From an uncultured Chloroflexia bacterium (GTDB lineage: Bacteria; Chloroflexota; Limnocylindria; Limnocylindrales; CSP1-4): DNA of 64,000 bases. Position 1 is the stretch's first letter, and each line of letters begins with the position of its first letter. The DNA lies in the NCBI GenBank assembly GCA_963819655.1, contig CAWFXA010000003.1, positions 224,001 through 288,000 on the forward strand. Reading direction: 5' to 3'. The notes beneath the pieces are model-generated. The model worked only from the letters and a program-made list of their open reading frames with translations. It was not told where the DNA came from and made no database searches. Below are positions 19,197 to 29,506 of the stretch, in pieces. Position numbers and translations under genes: made by a program.

Positions 19197-20063
19197 CTAG
19201 CCGGCTGCGCCCTTGAGATCGACGCGACGCGTCGCGGGCGCCCGTGCCGTGGCGTCACGTGTCCGACCACGGACATCGTTCTCCGGTCGGACCGTGATCG
19301 TCAGCCCGTCGACCGCGGTACGGACCCATGGCCCGGCCGCGGCACACATCGCGTCCATCTCGGGCTTGCGCGCCGGGCCGTAGTGGACCAGGACGGCAGA
19401 TCGCACCTCGGCTCGTCGCGCGAGCTCGATGGCCTCTTCGGGGGTCAGGTGGCCCCGCTCCGGGTCGTCGTGGGCAGCGAGCCCCAGGGCGCTCTCGACG
19501 AGCAGCAGATCGGCGCCGCGCACGCCGTCCTCGACCGATGCCGACGGACCGGTGTCGCCGGTGTAGGCCAGGCGCGACCCGTCGGGCGCATCGACCACCA
19601 CGCCCCAGGCGGGGACGTAATGGCGGCCCTGGACGAACCGCAGGCGGAGGTCACCGATCTGAAGCATCTGCGCCGGGTCGTATTCGACGGCTGTGAAGGC
19701 GGCATCGAAGAAGCCGACCCGTTCACTCACGGCGTTCGCGAGCGCGTCGAGGCGCGGCCGGCCGCCCGGCGGCAGGTAGATCGGCAGCGGCACGGGCGCC
19801 GGTTCGCCCCACGGATACAGATAGCGCAGCCCGACGATGTCGAGGTAATGGTCGGCGTGCATGTGGCCGATGACGATGGCCGAGAGGTCGTGCGGATCGA
19901 GCACCTTCTGCAGGTTTCGGATCACGCCCTGACCGCAATCGAGCAGGATCGCGGTCGATCCCCATTCGACCAGGAATCCGGCCGTCGGCGTGGCCGGGTG
20001 GGGGGCCGCCGTGCTGCAGCCGAGCACGGTCAAACGGAGGCGATCACCGAGCGTGTTCCTCAT
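19197..20063 (-). CDS. MBL-fold metallohydrolase, CpdA/Rv1339-like cyclic nucleotide phosphodiesterase candidate
   Basis: LTVLGCS start, LLDCGQG, HMHADH metal motif, YTGDTG, GHLTPEEA and LVH. Confidence 0.8.
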   Translation of the reverse strand: MRNTLGDRLRLTVLGCSTAAPHPATPTAGFLVEWGSTAILLDCGQGVIRNLQKVLDPHDLSAIVIGHMHADHYLDIVGLRYLYPWGEPAPVPLPIYLPPGGRPRLDALANAVSERVGFFDAAFTAVEYDPAQMLQIGDLRLRFVQGRHYVPAWGVVVDAPDGSRLAYTGDTGPSASVEDGVRGADLLLVESALGLAAHDDPERGHLTPEEAIELARRAEVRSAVLVHYGPARKPEMDAMCAAAGPWVRTAVDGLTITVRPENDVRGRTRDATARAPATRRVDLKGAAG

Positions 20064-20129
20064 GGCGGCATGCTAGAAGGCCGCGTTGCAGGGGTGTGTC
20101 GCCATTCGGACACGTTTACCATCGGCCAC

Positions 20130-20828
20130 ATGCTGGTAGGACGTCCGGTCCTTGACGCGTTGGCAACGATCCCGTTCTTCGCGGGTCTCGACCCGGCCGC
20201 CCTCGAACGGGTCGCGGCCGGGATGCGCTCGCGCCGGTTCAAGCGCGGCGAGGTGATCTTCCACATCGGCGATCCGGGTGATGCGCTGTTCGTGATGGTC
20301 GATGGCGAGGTGAAGATCTCGCTGCCCTCGGAGACCGGCGAGGAGGCGTTCCTGGCGACCCTGCGCAAAGGCGACGTGTTCGGCGAGCTGGCGCTGCTCG
20401 ATGGAGCGCCGCGGTCGGCGACCGCCACCGCGATAAGCGCCACCGAGACCGTGGTGCTGCCCCGTGACCGTTTCCGCGAGCTCATCGCGACCGAAGCCGG
20501 CGTGCGCGACGCCCTCCTCGCGTCCATCGCGGGGGAGCTGCGACGCCTCACGACGCACGTGGAGGAGCTCCATTTCCTGGATATCACGGGACGCCTGGCG
20601 GCGCGGCTCGTCCGCCTGGCCCAGGAAGGCGGGACGAGGCTGCCCGATGGCGGCATCCGGCTGCGTACGAACCTGACCCAGGGCGACCTTGCGGCGATGG
20701 TGGGCTGCACGCGCCAGAGCGTGAACAAGCTGCTCGGGCAGTTCACCGATGACGGCTTGATCCGCCTCGAGCGCGAGGGGATCGTCATCAGCGACGTCGA
20801 GGGCCTGACGGCGACGTCGCGACGCTAA
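20130..20828 (+). CDS. Crp/Fnr family transcriptional regulator
   Basis: cNMP-binding cassette FGELALLDGAPRSATA and HTH LTQGDLAAMVGCTRQSVNK. ATG lies 7 nt after TACCAT. Confidence 0.92.
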   Translation: MLVGRPVLDALATIPFFAGLDPAALERVAAGMRSRRFKRGEVIFHIGDPGDALFVMVDGEVKISLPSETGEEAFLATLRKGDVFGELALLDGAPRSATATAISATETVVLPRDRFRELIATEAGVRDALLASIAGELRRLTTHVEELHFLDITGRLAARLVRLAQEGGTRLPDGGIRLRTNLTQGDLAAMVGCTRQSVNKLLGQFTDDGLIRLEREGIVISDVEGLTATSRR

Positions 20829-20869
20829 GAGCGCCGTCACCGACTACCGCGTTGCTCGAGGAGACGTGG

Positions 20870-22102
20870 TCAGGACTCCTGGCGCAACGCCTCGAACAGC
20901 GTCGCCGCCGCGATCAGCGCGGCCTGGCTCCGCCCCATGGCGCCCCCGAGGTACGTCGTGCGGGTCTGCCGGCGCTCGCGTTCGGGCGTCACGACCGCGA
21001 CGCTGACCGCGAGCTCGCTGCCACGCGGCCGGGCACGGACCGCCATGCCGACGTCGACCTGGCCGGAGGCGCGCACCCGCCCGGCCCGATCCAGTAGCCC
21101 GCCTCCGTCCTCCTCACCCGCACGCGGACCCGCACCGGAGCCCGGGTGCCCCGCCTCGCCCGGGTGCGCCTCGACGAGTGCGAGCCACGGCACATCACCG
21201 AACAGCGCCGCGACCTGCCCACCCGTCCCGGTCTCGTCGACCGCGAGGCGCCAGTCGAGCGCGCCAAGCCGCATCCCGAGCGCATCGGCCCAGGTGGTGT
21301 CTCCCTCGGCCCAGATGTAGGCTCCGAGGCGCTCACGGACGAGTGCCGCAGCCTCCTCGACGCGGATCTCGGCGCTCGCCCCCTGGGCGTCAGGCCCCGT
21401 GGCGCTCACCCGGACATCGACGGCCTCGAGGCGCGCGTACGTGGCGATCTCCGGGTCCTGGCGTCGCAGGAGATCCTCGCCAAGGATCTCGGCCACCGTC
21501 GACTCCCCGATCCCGGTCAACCGGTACGTCCTGATGGCGGATTCCGACCCGAGACCGCGCGCCCGAAGCCGGGGAAGAACCTCATCCGACCACATCGGAC
21601 GCATCTCGCGCGGCGGGCCGGGCAGCGCGACCGCGACGCCACCGTCCGGTCGGCTCACGAACCAGCCCGGGGCCGAGCCATTCGGGTTGGCGAGCGGCTC
21701 ACACGATGGGATCCGCCACGCCTGCTTGAGATTGCTCTCGGGGAACGGCATGCCACGCCGCTCCCAGCGGGCACGCAGCCACGCCTCGATCTCGGGGTCG
21801 ACGGTGACCGTCTCACCGAGGGCGCCCGCGATCGATTCGCGGGTCAGGTCATCGGGCGTCGGGCCGAGGCCGCCCGTGCTGACGACGAGATCGTCACGTT
21901 CGAAGGCCGCGACGAACGCCTCAGTGACGACATCGAGGCGGTCGGGGAGGGCCTCGATCCGGCGCACGGTGACGCCCTCCTGCGTCAGCGCGCGCGCGAG
22001 CTCGCCCGCGTTCGTGTCACGCGTTTCGCCGACCAGTAGCTCGGAGCCGATGCTGAGGATCGACGCCGTTCGGAGGGGGCGGACGGAGGCCGGCGTCGAC
22101 AT
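20870..22102 (-). CDS. cinA: CinA family protein (MocF-like pyrophosphatase domain plus degenerate PncC domain)
   Basis: IGSELLVG..DTN, TGGLGPTPDDLT, NPNGSAPG, LPGPPREM and GIGES. Start 22102 lies 6 nt after TACGCT. Confidence 0.85.
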   Translation of the reverse strand: MSTPASVRPLRTASILSIGSELLVGETRDTNAGELARALTQEGVTVRRIEALPDRLDVVTEAFVAAFERDDLVVSTGGLGPTPDDLTRESIAGALGETVTVDPEIEAWLRARWERRGMPFPESNLKQAWRIPSCEPLANPNGSAPGWFVSRPDGGVAVALPGPPREMRPMWSDEVLPRLRARGLGSESAIRTYRLTGIGESTVAEILGEDLLRRQDPEIATYARLEAVDVRVSATGPDAQGASAEIRVEEAAALVRERLGAYIWAEGDTTWADALGMRLGALDWRLAVDETGTGGQVAALFGDVPWLALVEAHPGEAGHPGSGAGPRAGEEDGGGLLDRAGRVRASGQVDVGMAVRARPRGSELAVSVAVVTPERERRQTRTTYLGGAMGRSQAALIAAATLFEALRQES

Positions 22103-22198
22103 CGATGCAGCGTAACGGTCCCGCGAGGCGCGCAGGGTGTCGGGTGGGGTGTCTGCCATTCACACGCTGCTATCATCCGAGCCGACCCGGTCGCGCTC

Positions 22199-23047
22199 GT
22201 GACCGCCCGATCCCCGAGCTGGAGCAGCATCCTGGACGCCCAACCGCCGCCCCGGTCGGTACCACCCCGGGGCCTGCGCTCATCGATCGTGTCGATGCGC
22301 GATTCCGCGCTTCGACTCGTCAAGGCGCACATCGATCTTGCGAGGGCAGAAGCCGCCGCGATCGCCGGCGAGGTCCAGAAGGTCGCGGCGCTCATCGGGA
22401 TCGCGATCGGCATCGTCCTGTTCGCGATCATCCTGGCGGTCATCGGCATGTCGCTCTTCCTGGGCGAATGGATCCTCGGCTCGCTCGGCTGGGGCGTGCT
22501 GCATGGCGTCCAGCTGTTCGTGGCGATCGCGATCGCCTCCGTCCTCCTCGCCCTGGGCGTGAGCGGCGGGCGGATCGCCGGGGCCTTCGTGATCGCGCTC
22601 GTGATCGGCGTCGTCGTCGGCGTGGTGATGGCGCTCGGCCTGCCGAACCAGGCCTACACCTCGATCGGTGGATCGGCACTCCCCGGGATCGAGCCGGGCG
22701 TGCGTCCGCTGTTCGTCGGCGTACTCATCGTGGGCGGCTTCGGCCTGCTGGTCGGGCTCATCGCCGCGTTCCGTGGCGGCGGGGCGGGAGCCGCCATCGG
22801 CGGGCTCCTCGTCGGCGTCGTGATCGGCGCCATCTCGGCGGTGGATTCCGGGCCGCAGGTCGGCGCCGGGATCGGCATCGCAGTGGGCTACCTCATGTGG
22901 ATCGGCCTGATGGTCCTTGACGTGTCGCGATCCGGCATCGACATCGAGGCCTTCACGGCGCGCTTCTATCCGACCCAGACCATCGAGACAAGCAAGGAGA
23001 CGCTCGAGTGGCTGAAGAGCAAGATGCCGCCCGGGACCGGGTCCTAG
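22199..23047 (+). CDS. membrane protein, phage-holin-3.6/YhjD-like with extra TM helices
   Basis: LVKAHIDLARAE followed by multiple TM segments; C-terminal PTQTIETSKETLEWLK typical of this family. Confidence 0.65.
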   Translation: MTARSPSWSSILDAQPPPRSVPPRGLRSSIVSMRDSALRLVKAHIDLARAEAAAIAGEVQKVAALIGIAIGIVLFAIILAVIGMSLFLGEWILGSLGWGVLHGVQLFVAIAIASVLLALGVSGGRIAGAFVIALVIGVVVGVVMALGLPNQAYTSIGGSALPGIEPGVRPLFVGVLIVGGFGLLVGLIAAFRGGGAGAAIGGLLVGVVIGAISAVDSGPQVGAGIGIAVGYLMWIGLMVLDVSRSGIDIEAFTARFYPTQTIETSKETLEWLKSKMPPGTGS

Positions 23048-23670
23048 AGGCGCGAGCGGCCCTCGACCAGGAGCTGACGACGCTCCAGGGGTCGGTGCGC
23101 GCCGCGGTCGACATCCCCGCGAAGGTTCGCCAGAGCCCCGTGAAGGTCGCCGCGGTCGCGGCTGGGATCGGTTTCGTGCTGCTGCGCGGGCCCCAGCGGC
23201 TGTGGTCCGCCTTCCGGCGAGCGGTGTTCGGGCGGCGAGCGCCGATGCCCAAGCGCATGCTGCCCGACGAGATCGAGAAGACCCTCGCCAAGATGGGTGA
23301 CGACGGCGAGAAGGTGCGCGGAACGCTCGAGCGGGATTTCGCCGAGTACGTCAAGCAAGCCCAGAAGAGGCGCGGGATCGGCCTCATTCCCATCGTTGTG
23401 CTCGCCTTCGCTCGGCCGATGCTTGCCCTTGCCGGCCGGCGCCTGACGGAATACCTGTTCTCGCAGAACCCGGAGGGCACCGGCACCCGGTTCGACGAGC
23501 TGCGAGCGAAGGCCGCCTTGAAGGGCGAGGAGGCCAGGGTCCAGGCGGGCGCCAAGGTCGACGAGGCGGCGGCGACGGCAGAGCGGGCCGCCGACCCCGC
23601 CAAGGAACGCGTGGACGGAGGGCGCGACGAGGGTCCGCCGTCGGGCCAGGGATCACCGACCAGGGTCTGA
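23008..23670 (+). CDS. hypothetical protein (DUF3618-like partner of the holin-like gene)
   Basis: GTG after AAGGAG; 40-nt overlap with the upstream gene; ARAALDQEL helix plus short hydrophobic segments; GC3-rich codons. Confidence 0.65.
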   Translation: MAEEQDAARDRVLEARAALDQELTTLQGSVRAAVDIPAKVRQSPVKVAAVAAGIGFVLLRGPQRLWSAFRRAVFGRRAPMPKRMLPDEIEKTLAKMGDDGEKVRGTLERDFAEYVKQAQKRRGIGLIPIVVLAFARPMLALAGRRLTEYLFSQNPEGTGTRFDELRAKAALKGEEARVQAGAKVDEAAATAERAADPAKERVDGGRDEGPPSGQGSPTRV

Positions 23671-23680
23671 ATCGGGACGT

Positions 23681-23712
23681 GCGCCGGGCGCCGCGGCCAG
23701 CGTGCCCGGCGC
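23681..23712 (+). terminator. GC-rich hairpin, possible terminator without U-tract
   Basis: gcgccgggcgc ... gtgcccggcgc inverted repeat just after the stop at 23670. Confidence 0.35.
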
Positions 23713-23752
23713 CTCGGCCTTGTCGCGGATGCCTCGGCTAGACTGGGCGCGC

Positions 23753-23840
23753 GGGCGAGTGGCGGAATGGCAGACGCGCCGGCCTTAGGAGCCGGTGCCG
23801 CGTGAGCGGCGTAGAGGTTCGACCCCTCTCTCGCCTACCA
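23753..23840 (+). tRNA. tRNA-Leu (anticodon TAG)
   Basis: Acceptor stem GGGCGAG/CTCGCCT plus ACCA; D-loop GGAATGGCAGAC; anticodon loop CTTAGGA (TAG at 23786-23788); long variable arm; GGTTCGA T-loop; TAGACT -10 at 23739. Confidence 0.96.
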
Positions 23841-23915
23841 CCAGAACCGGGACGGGACAAGCCTCCCGAACCGCGTCCCGGACCCTCCCTGAGCCCAGCC
23901 CTATACTCCCCATCG

Positions 23916-25361
23916 ATGCAGATCACCCGTACTCCCGCCCCCAAGTCGACCGTCCAGCTCCAGATCGAGCTGCCCCCGGATCGACTCGACCGTGCCCTCG
24001 ACGCGGCGGTTCGCGCCCTCGCGCGCCGGACGCGCATCCCCGGCTTCCGCCCAGGCAAGGCGCCGCGCCCCGTCCTGGAGCGGCACCTCGGTCCCGGCGT
24101 CGTCATGGACGAGGCCGTCGATCACCTCATGCAGGACGCCTATCGCGAGGCGCTCGTCAAGGAGGACATCCTCCCGCTGACGAACGCCGACGTCGAAGTC
24201 GTCCAGGCCGAGGAGGGCAAGCCGCTGATCTTCAAGGCGACAGTGCCGGTGCGGCCGGAGGTGAAGCTCGGCGACTACCGGGACTTCAACTTCACGCCCG
24301 AGGTCGAGACGATCGACGACGCCCGGGTCGACCAGGTCGTCGAGGAGCTACGCGACCAGAACGCGACGCTGGCAGCTGTCGAGGACCGTGGCGCGAAGGA
24401 CGGCGACTATGCGGTCATCTCGTTCGTCGGCACCCGCGACGGCCAGCCCTTCGATGGCGGGACGTCCGAGCGGATGCCGCTCATCCTCGGGCAGGAGCGC
24501 CTGATCCCGGGCTTCGAGACGAACCTGATCGGGCTCAAGGTCGGTGCCACCACCGAATTCGATATCACGTTCCCGGACGACTACCCGGAGCCGGAGATGG
24601 CCGGCAAGTCAGCCCACTTCAGCGTCGAGCTCAAGGAGCTCCGCGAGAAGATCCTGCCGGACCTCGACGAGGACTTCCTGGCCAGCCTCGGGAGTTTCGA
24701 GTCGATCGACGCACTCAAGGCCGACGTCAAGACACGGCTCGAGGGAAATGCCATCGACCGCGCCCGCCACCAGTTCGCCGACCGGATCATCGAATACGCA
24801 GTCGCCAACGCGACCGTCGAGCTACCCGAAGTGCTGATCGACCAGGAGGTCGAGGTCATGCACGACGAGTTCAAGGGCTCGCTCGCGCGCCAGGGCATCA
24901 GCGAGGAGGCCTATCTCAAGGCGGTCGACAAGACCGCCGACGACCTCCATGCCGAGTTCCGGCCGAATGCGGAGCGACGGGCCAAGACCTTGCTCGTCCT
25001 CTCGAAGATCGCCGATACCGAGAATCTCACGGTGCCCGACGCCGATGTCGAGGCCGAGGTGGCCCAGGGACGGGAGCGCTACGCTGGCGATGCGCGCCTC
25101 CAGGAGTACTTCGAATCGGAGCGCGGCCGCGCGTTCATCCGGAGCACCCTGCGACGGAGCCGTGTCGTGGAGCGACTCATCGACGAGTGGCTGGCCGCCC
25201 ACCCCGACCACCAGCCACTCCCACACCTCGAGGACGCGCCGGGGTCGGCGGTCGCGGACGGGGGGGCCCAGGCCAACGCGGCGATCGGGGCGACCGACCC
25301 AGGCACCGTCATCGACAGCCGAGACAGCACACCGGTCGACGAGCCAGCCACGGCGGGCTGA
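23916..25361 (+). CDS. tig: trigger factor
   Basis: IPGFRPGKAP ribosome-binding motif and FKBP domain (LIPGFE, FPDDY). ATG lies 8 nt after TATACT. Confidence 0.96.
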   Translation: MQITRTPAPKSTVQLQIELPPDRLDRALDAAVRALARRTRIPGFRPGKAPRPVLERHLGPGVVMDEAVDHLMQDAYREALVKEDILPLTNADVEVVQAEEGKPLIFKATVPVRPEVKLGDYRDFNFTPEVETIDDARVDQVVEELRDQNATLAAVEDRGAKDGDYAVISFVGTRDGQPFDGGTSERMPLILGQERLIPGFETNLIGLKVGATTEFDITFPDDYPEPEMAGKSAHFSVELKELREKILPDLDEDFLASLGSFESIDALKADVKTRLEGNAIDRARHQFADRIIEYAVANATVELPEVLIDQEVEVMHDEFKGSLARQGISEEAYLKAVDKTADDLHAEFRPNAERRAKTLLVLSKIADTENLTVPDADVEAEVAQGRERYAGDARLQEYFESERGRAFIRSTLRRSRVVERLIDEWLAAHPDHQPLPHLEDAPGSAVADGGAQANAAIGATDPGTVIDSRDSTPVDEPATAG

Positions 25362-25409
25362 GCGACCGAATCCCCAAGCAGCCACACGGAATCACCCAGG
25401 AGATCCCAG

Positions 25410-26102
<693 letters not shown>

Positions 26103-26121
26103 GGACAAGGACAACGAACAC

Positions 26122-27432
<1,311 letters not shown>

Positions 27433-27502
27433 TCGGGGAGCGCCGCGTGACGGCGCCGCCTTTTGGGCAGCGCCCTCCGCGGGCCGTTGGCGGCGCCGAT
27501 TC

Positions 27503-27664
27503 TGATCCCACCAGACGTTTCGGGGCTCCGAGGGCCATATGCCCTCGGAGCACTCTGCCAGCCACGCTCGTGGCGGTCCATCCACGCACCGGATCACGCG
27601 GCCGACGACCGTTATGCGGCCCGCTGGCCTGGATCGTCTGCTCCCAGCAGAAATGTGGGAGTCA
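27503..27664. repeat. REP/MITE-like palindromic element between convergent clpX and ftsZ
   Basis: Perfect 11-bp hairpin gctccgagggc-catat-gccctcggagc (27525-27551). Near-inverted ends tgatcccac (27503) and gtgggagtca (27655-27664). Confidence 0.4.
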
Positions 27665-27869
27665 TGGGTCGGTGACGAGCGTGGGCGCGGGTCCGCCCCG
27701 CACTCGGGACGCGATCATCCGGTCGCGGCGCGAGCGCGAGGCTGCCGCTCCTGGAGGCGACGCGTCGACGCGTTCGGTCGGGCGCCACGGGAGGTCAGGG
27801 TACGCGAGGCCTTCCTCGCCGAGTCGCCCTCGAACCAGACGATCTCGACGCAAAGGCCTGACTGCCGCG

Positions 27870-29123
27870 TCAGCCGGTCCGAGACGTCGGCGGTCGATGC
27901 TTCCGCAGGAATGTTGGCAGTTCGAGGTTCTCGTCCTCGATCGGCGCACGCCGCTCCACCGCGGGTTGTTCGTCCTTGACGCCCGGACGCGCTGACGGCA
28001 CCTGAGCGTGCGGCGTGACGCGCTCGGCCTGCCTGCGGAGACGTGCGGTCAGCGTCGCCGGCGACACCGACTCCGCAGCACGATGGCCGTCGAGGCCCGT
28101 GGCGATCAGCGTGATCATGACCTCGCCCTCGGCGACGTCGCCGACGCTCGCCCCGAAGATCACGTTGGCGCGGCTGTCGGCCGTCGACCTGATCTCGTCG
28201 GCCGCCCGCCGGACCTCGCGCAACTTCAAGTCCGCGGGCCCGGACACATGGAACAGGATGCCGCGGGCGCCCTGGATGCTGGCCTCGAGGAGCGGGCTCG
28301 AGATGGCCTGCCGGGCGGCGTCCACCGCGCGGTCCTCGCCGGTCCCGCGACCCAGGCCGATCAGCGCCGGCCCCGCGTCGCGCATGATCGCGCGCACATC
28401 GGCGAAGTCGAGGTTGATGAGGCCGGGCGCCGTGAGCAGATCGACGATGCCCTGGACGGCACGGAGCAGCACGCCATCGACGACGCTGAATGCCTCGAGG
28501 GCGGATGCGTCCTCCTGGACGACCTCGCTGACCCGGTCGTTGGAGACCGTGATCAGGGCGTCCACCTCGGACGCCAGCCGCGCGGACGCCTCGTCGGCGA
28601 TCTCGCGACGCTGTGCGCCCTCGAAGTCGAAAGGCTTGGTGACGACCGCGATCGTCAGCGCGCCCTGCTCTCGCGCCTTGGCCGCCACGATCGGGGCGGC
28701 GCCCGAGCCGGTGCCCCCACCGAGGCCTGCCGTCACGAACACGAGATCGGCCGACGCGAGCGCCCTGCCGATCTTCTCGGCATCCTCCTCGGCCGACTTC
28801 CGGCCGACGTCCGGATCGCCGCCCGAGCCGAGCCCGTGGGTGATCGCGTCGCCGATCCTGATGCGAGTCGGCGCGAGGGACTGGCGGAGAGCCTGGGCGT
28901 CGGTGTTGCACACGACGAATTCGACGCCGGGGATCCCGGCATCGACCATCCGGTCGACGGCGTTGCCGCCGCCCCCGCCGACGCCCACGACGAGGATGCC
29001 GCGCGTCTCCGGGTGGCGTCCCCGTCGGAACAAGCCGGGGATCGAGACTGCGACGCGGGCGACCACAAGTCCGGCGAGGACGAGGATGACGAGCTGGACG
29101 AGGGTCTGGGCCGACTGGTCCAC
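27870..29123 (-). CDS. ftsZ: FtsZ with an N-terminal hydrophobic (putative transmembrane) extension
   Basis: VGVGGGGGNAV, NTDAQAL, GGGTGSG tubulin signature, TKPFDFEG, T7 loop INLDFAD and C-terminal core LELPTFLRK. GTG start lies 6 nt after TAGACT. Confidence 0.95.
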   Translation of the reverse strand: MDQSAQTLVQLVILVLAGLVVARVAVSIPGLFRRGRHPETRGILVVGVGGGGGNAVDRMVDAGIPGVEFVVCNTDAQALRQSLAPTRIRIGDAITHGLGSGGDPDVGRKSAEEDAEKIGRALASADLVFVTAGLGGGTGSGAAPIVAAKAREQGALTIAVVTKPFDFEGAQRREIADEASARLASEVDALITVSNDRVSEVVQEDASALEAFSVVDGVLLRAVQGIVDLLTAPGLINLDFADVRAIMRDAGPALIGLGRGTGEDRAVDAARQAISSPLLEASIQGARGILFHVSGPADLKLREVRRAADEIRSTADSRANVIFGASVGDVAEGEVMITLIATGLDGHRAAESVSPATLTARLRRQAERVTPHAQVPSARPGVKDEQPAVERRAPIEDENLELPTFLRKHRPPTSRTG

Positions 29124-29243
29124 GTCCCGAGTCTAGCCACACATCGCAAGTCCCAAGCACGACAGACGTCCTGCATCGCATGGTCCCTTCGTCGCATTCG
29201 ATGCCGTCCGGACCCGGCAAGAGCCCGTGCTACACTCGCCGCC

Positions 29244-29486
29244 GTCACGGCTGTGACAGGAGAGGAGTAGCGTCGGGACGGCCCCGAGCGAGCGTGGGAC
29301 GGTGGGAGCCGCGCGGTACGGGCCGACGCGAAAAGTCGCTCCCGAGCCATGACGGCTGACGCCCGATACCGCGTCGAGAGGGCACCGGGGATCTGCGCCG
29401 CGCGATGAGCGCGTTCGCACCGGGCGCCGAACCAGCAGGTGGTACCACGACCCGTTCGTCCGCTGGACGAGCGGGGTTTCTGTTTT
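29244..29486 (+). promoter_or_regulatory. valine T-box riboswitch with intrinsic terminator
   Basis: TGcTACACT -10 (29228-29236). Stem I has AGTA, an AGCGA bulge, a GGTGGGA distal loop, and GAA followed by specifier GTC (Val, 29335-29337). T-box GGTGGTACCACG at 29438-29449; terminator cccgttcgtcc-gct-ggacgagcggg-gtttctgtttt. Confidence 0.92.
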
Positions 29487-29506
29487 CGAAACCAACGAGG
29501 CATGCG

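Noticed and set aside
16957-20063. Cyclase plus MBL hydrolase as a Pycsar/CBASS-type antiphage system
   Set aside because: The architecture is the common cyclase-ATPase type in a housekeeping context with host-like composition. The cNMP sensor is an HTH transcription factor rather than a TIR or TM effector. Not fully excluded without product analysis.
20064-20129. Canonical CRP box between the PDE-like and crp genes
   Set aside because: No TGTGA-N6-TCACA is present, only the differently spaced GTGTC-N8-GACAC noted in the findings.
22199-23670. Holin-like gene as evidence of a prophage
   Set aside because: No endolysin or other phage genes nearby; this family is commonly chromosomal.
23753-23915. 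tRNA-Leu as a prophage or island attachment site
   Set aside because: No integrase and no duplicated tRNA 3' end were seen. It is followed directly by the conserved tig-clpP-clpX block.
27820-27880. GACGCAAAG resembling the c-di-GMP-I riboswitch core
   Set aside because: The upstream GGCAAAC/GNRA stem and tetraloop receptor are missing, and no same-strand gene follows.
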